Positions 63,999 to 64,000 of a stretch of 64,000 nucleotides of DNA are shown here, one piece after another. This DNA is from Centroscyllium fabricii (taxonomy: Eukaryota): contig JBNRSN020000018.1 in assembly GCA_051313645.2 (NCBI GenBank), positions 122,450,001-122,514,000 of the forward strand, given 5' to 3'. Below the pieces are notes generated by a model, which worked only from the letters and a program-made list of their open reading frames with translations, searched no databases and was not told the DNA's origin. How positions within the stretch are numbered: the stretch's first letter is position 1; each line of letters begins with the position of its first letter. The translations under genes and the position numbers were made by a program.

Positions 63999-64000
63999 TG

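Overview
Vertebrate genomic DNA, most likely a cartilaginous fish (shark), judged from HE1/V-SINE, HER1-type CR1 tails and a SacSINE1/DeuSINE-like element. The only host gene is AMDHD1 (imidazolonepropionase, HutI homologue) on the minus strand. Its last three coding exons lie at 20543-20636, 15611-15771 and 7183-7321; the ORF track mostly misses them. The rest is a dense pile of mobile DNA. The window opens with the 3' part of an LTR retroelement whose 1.73-kb LTR carries a captured SUMO2/3 coding fragment. Two CsRn1-clade Gypsy elements are nested in opposite orientation in the last AMDHD1 intron. There are also CR1, L2 and Rex1 LINE fragments, SINEs, solo LTRs, Harbinger- and hAT-type non-autonomous elements and a Penelope-type hammerhead. 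About 37 kb (21.7-59.1 kb) is a 15-bp satellite with higher-order repeats inside one very large intron; the hundreds of ORFs called there are satellite artefacts. Family assignments come from recalled motifs, not database searches.
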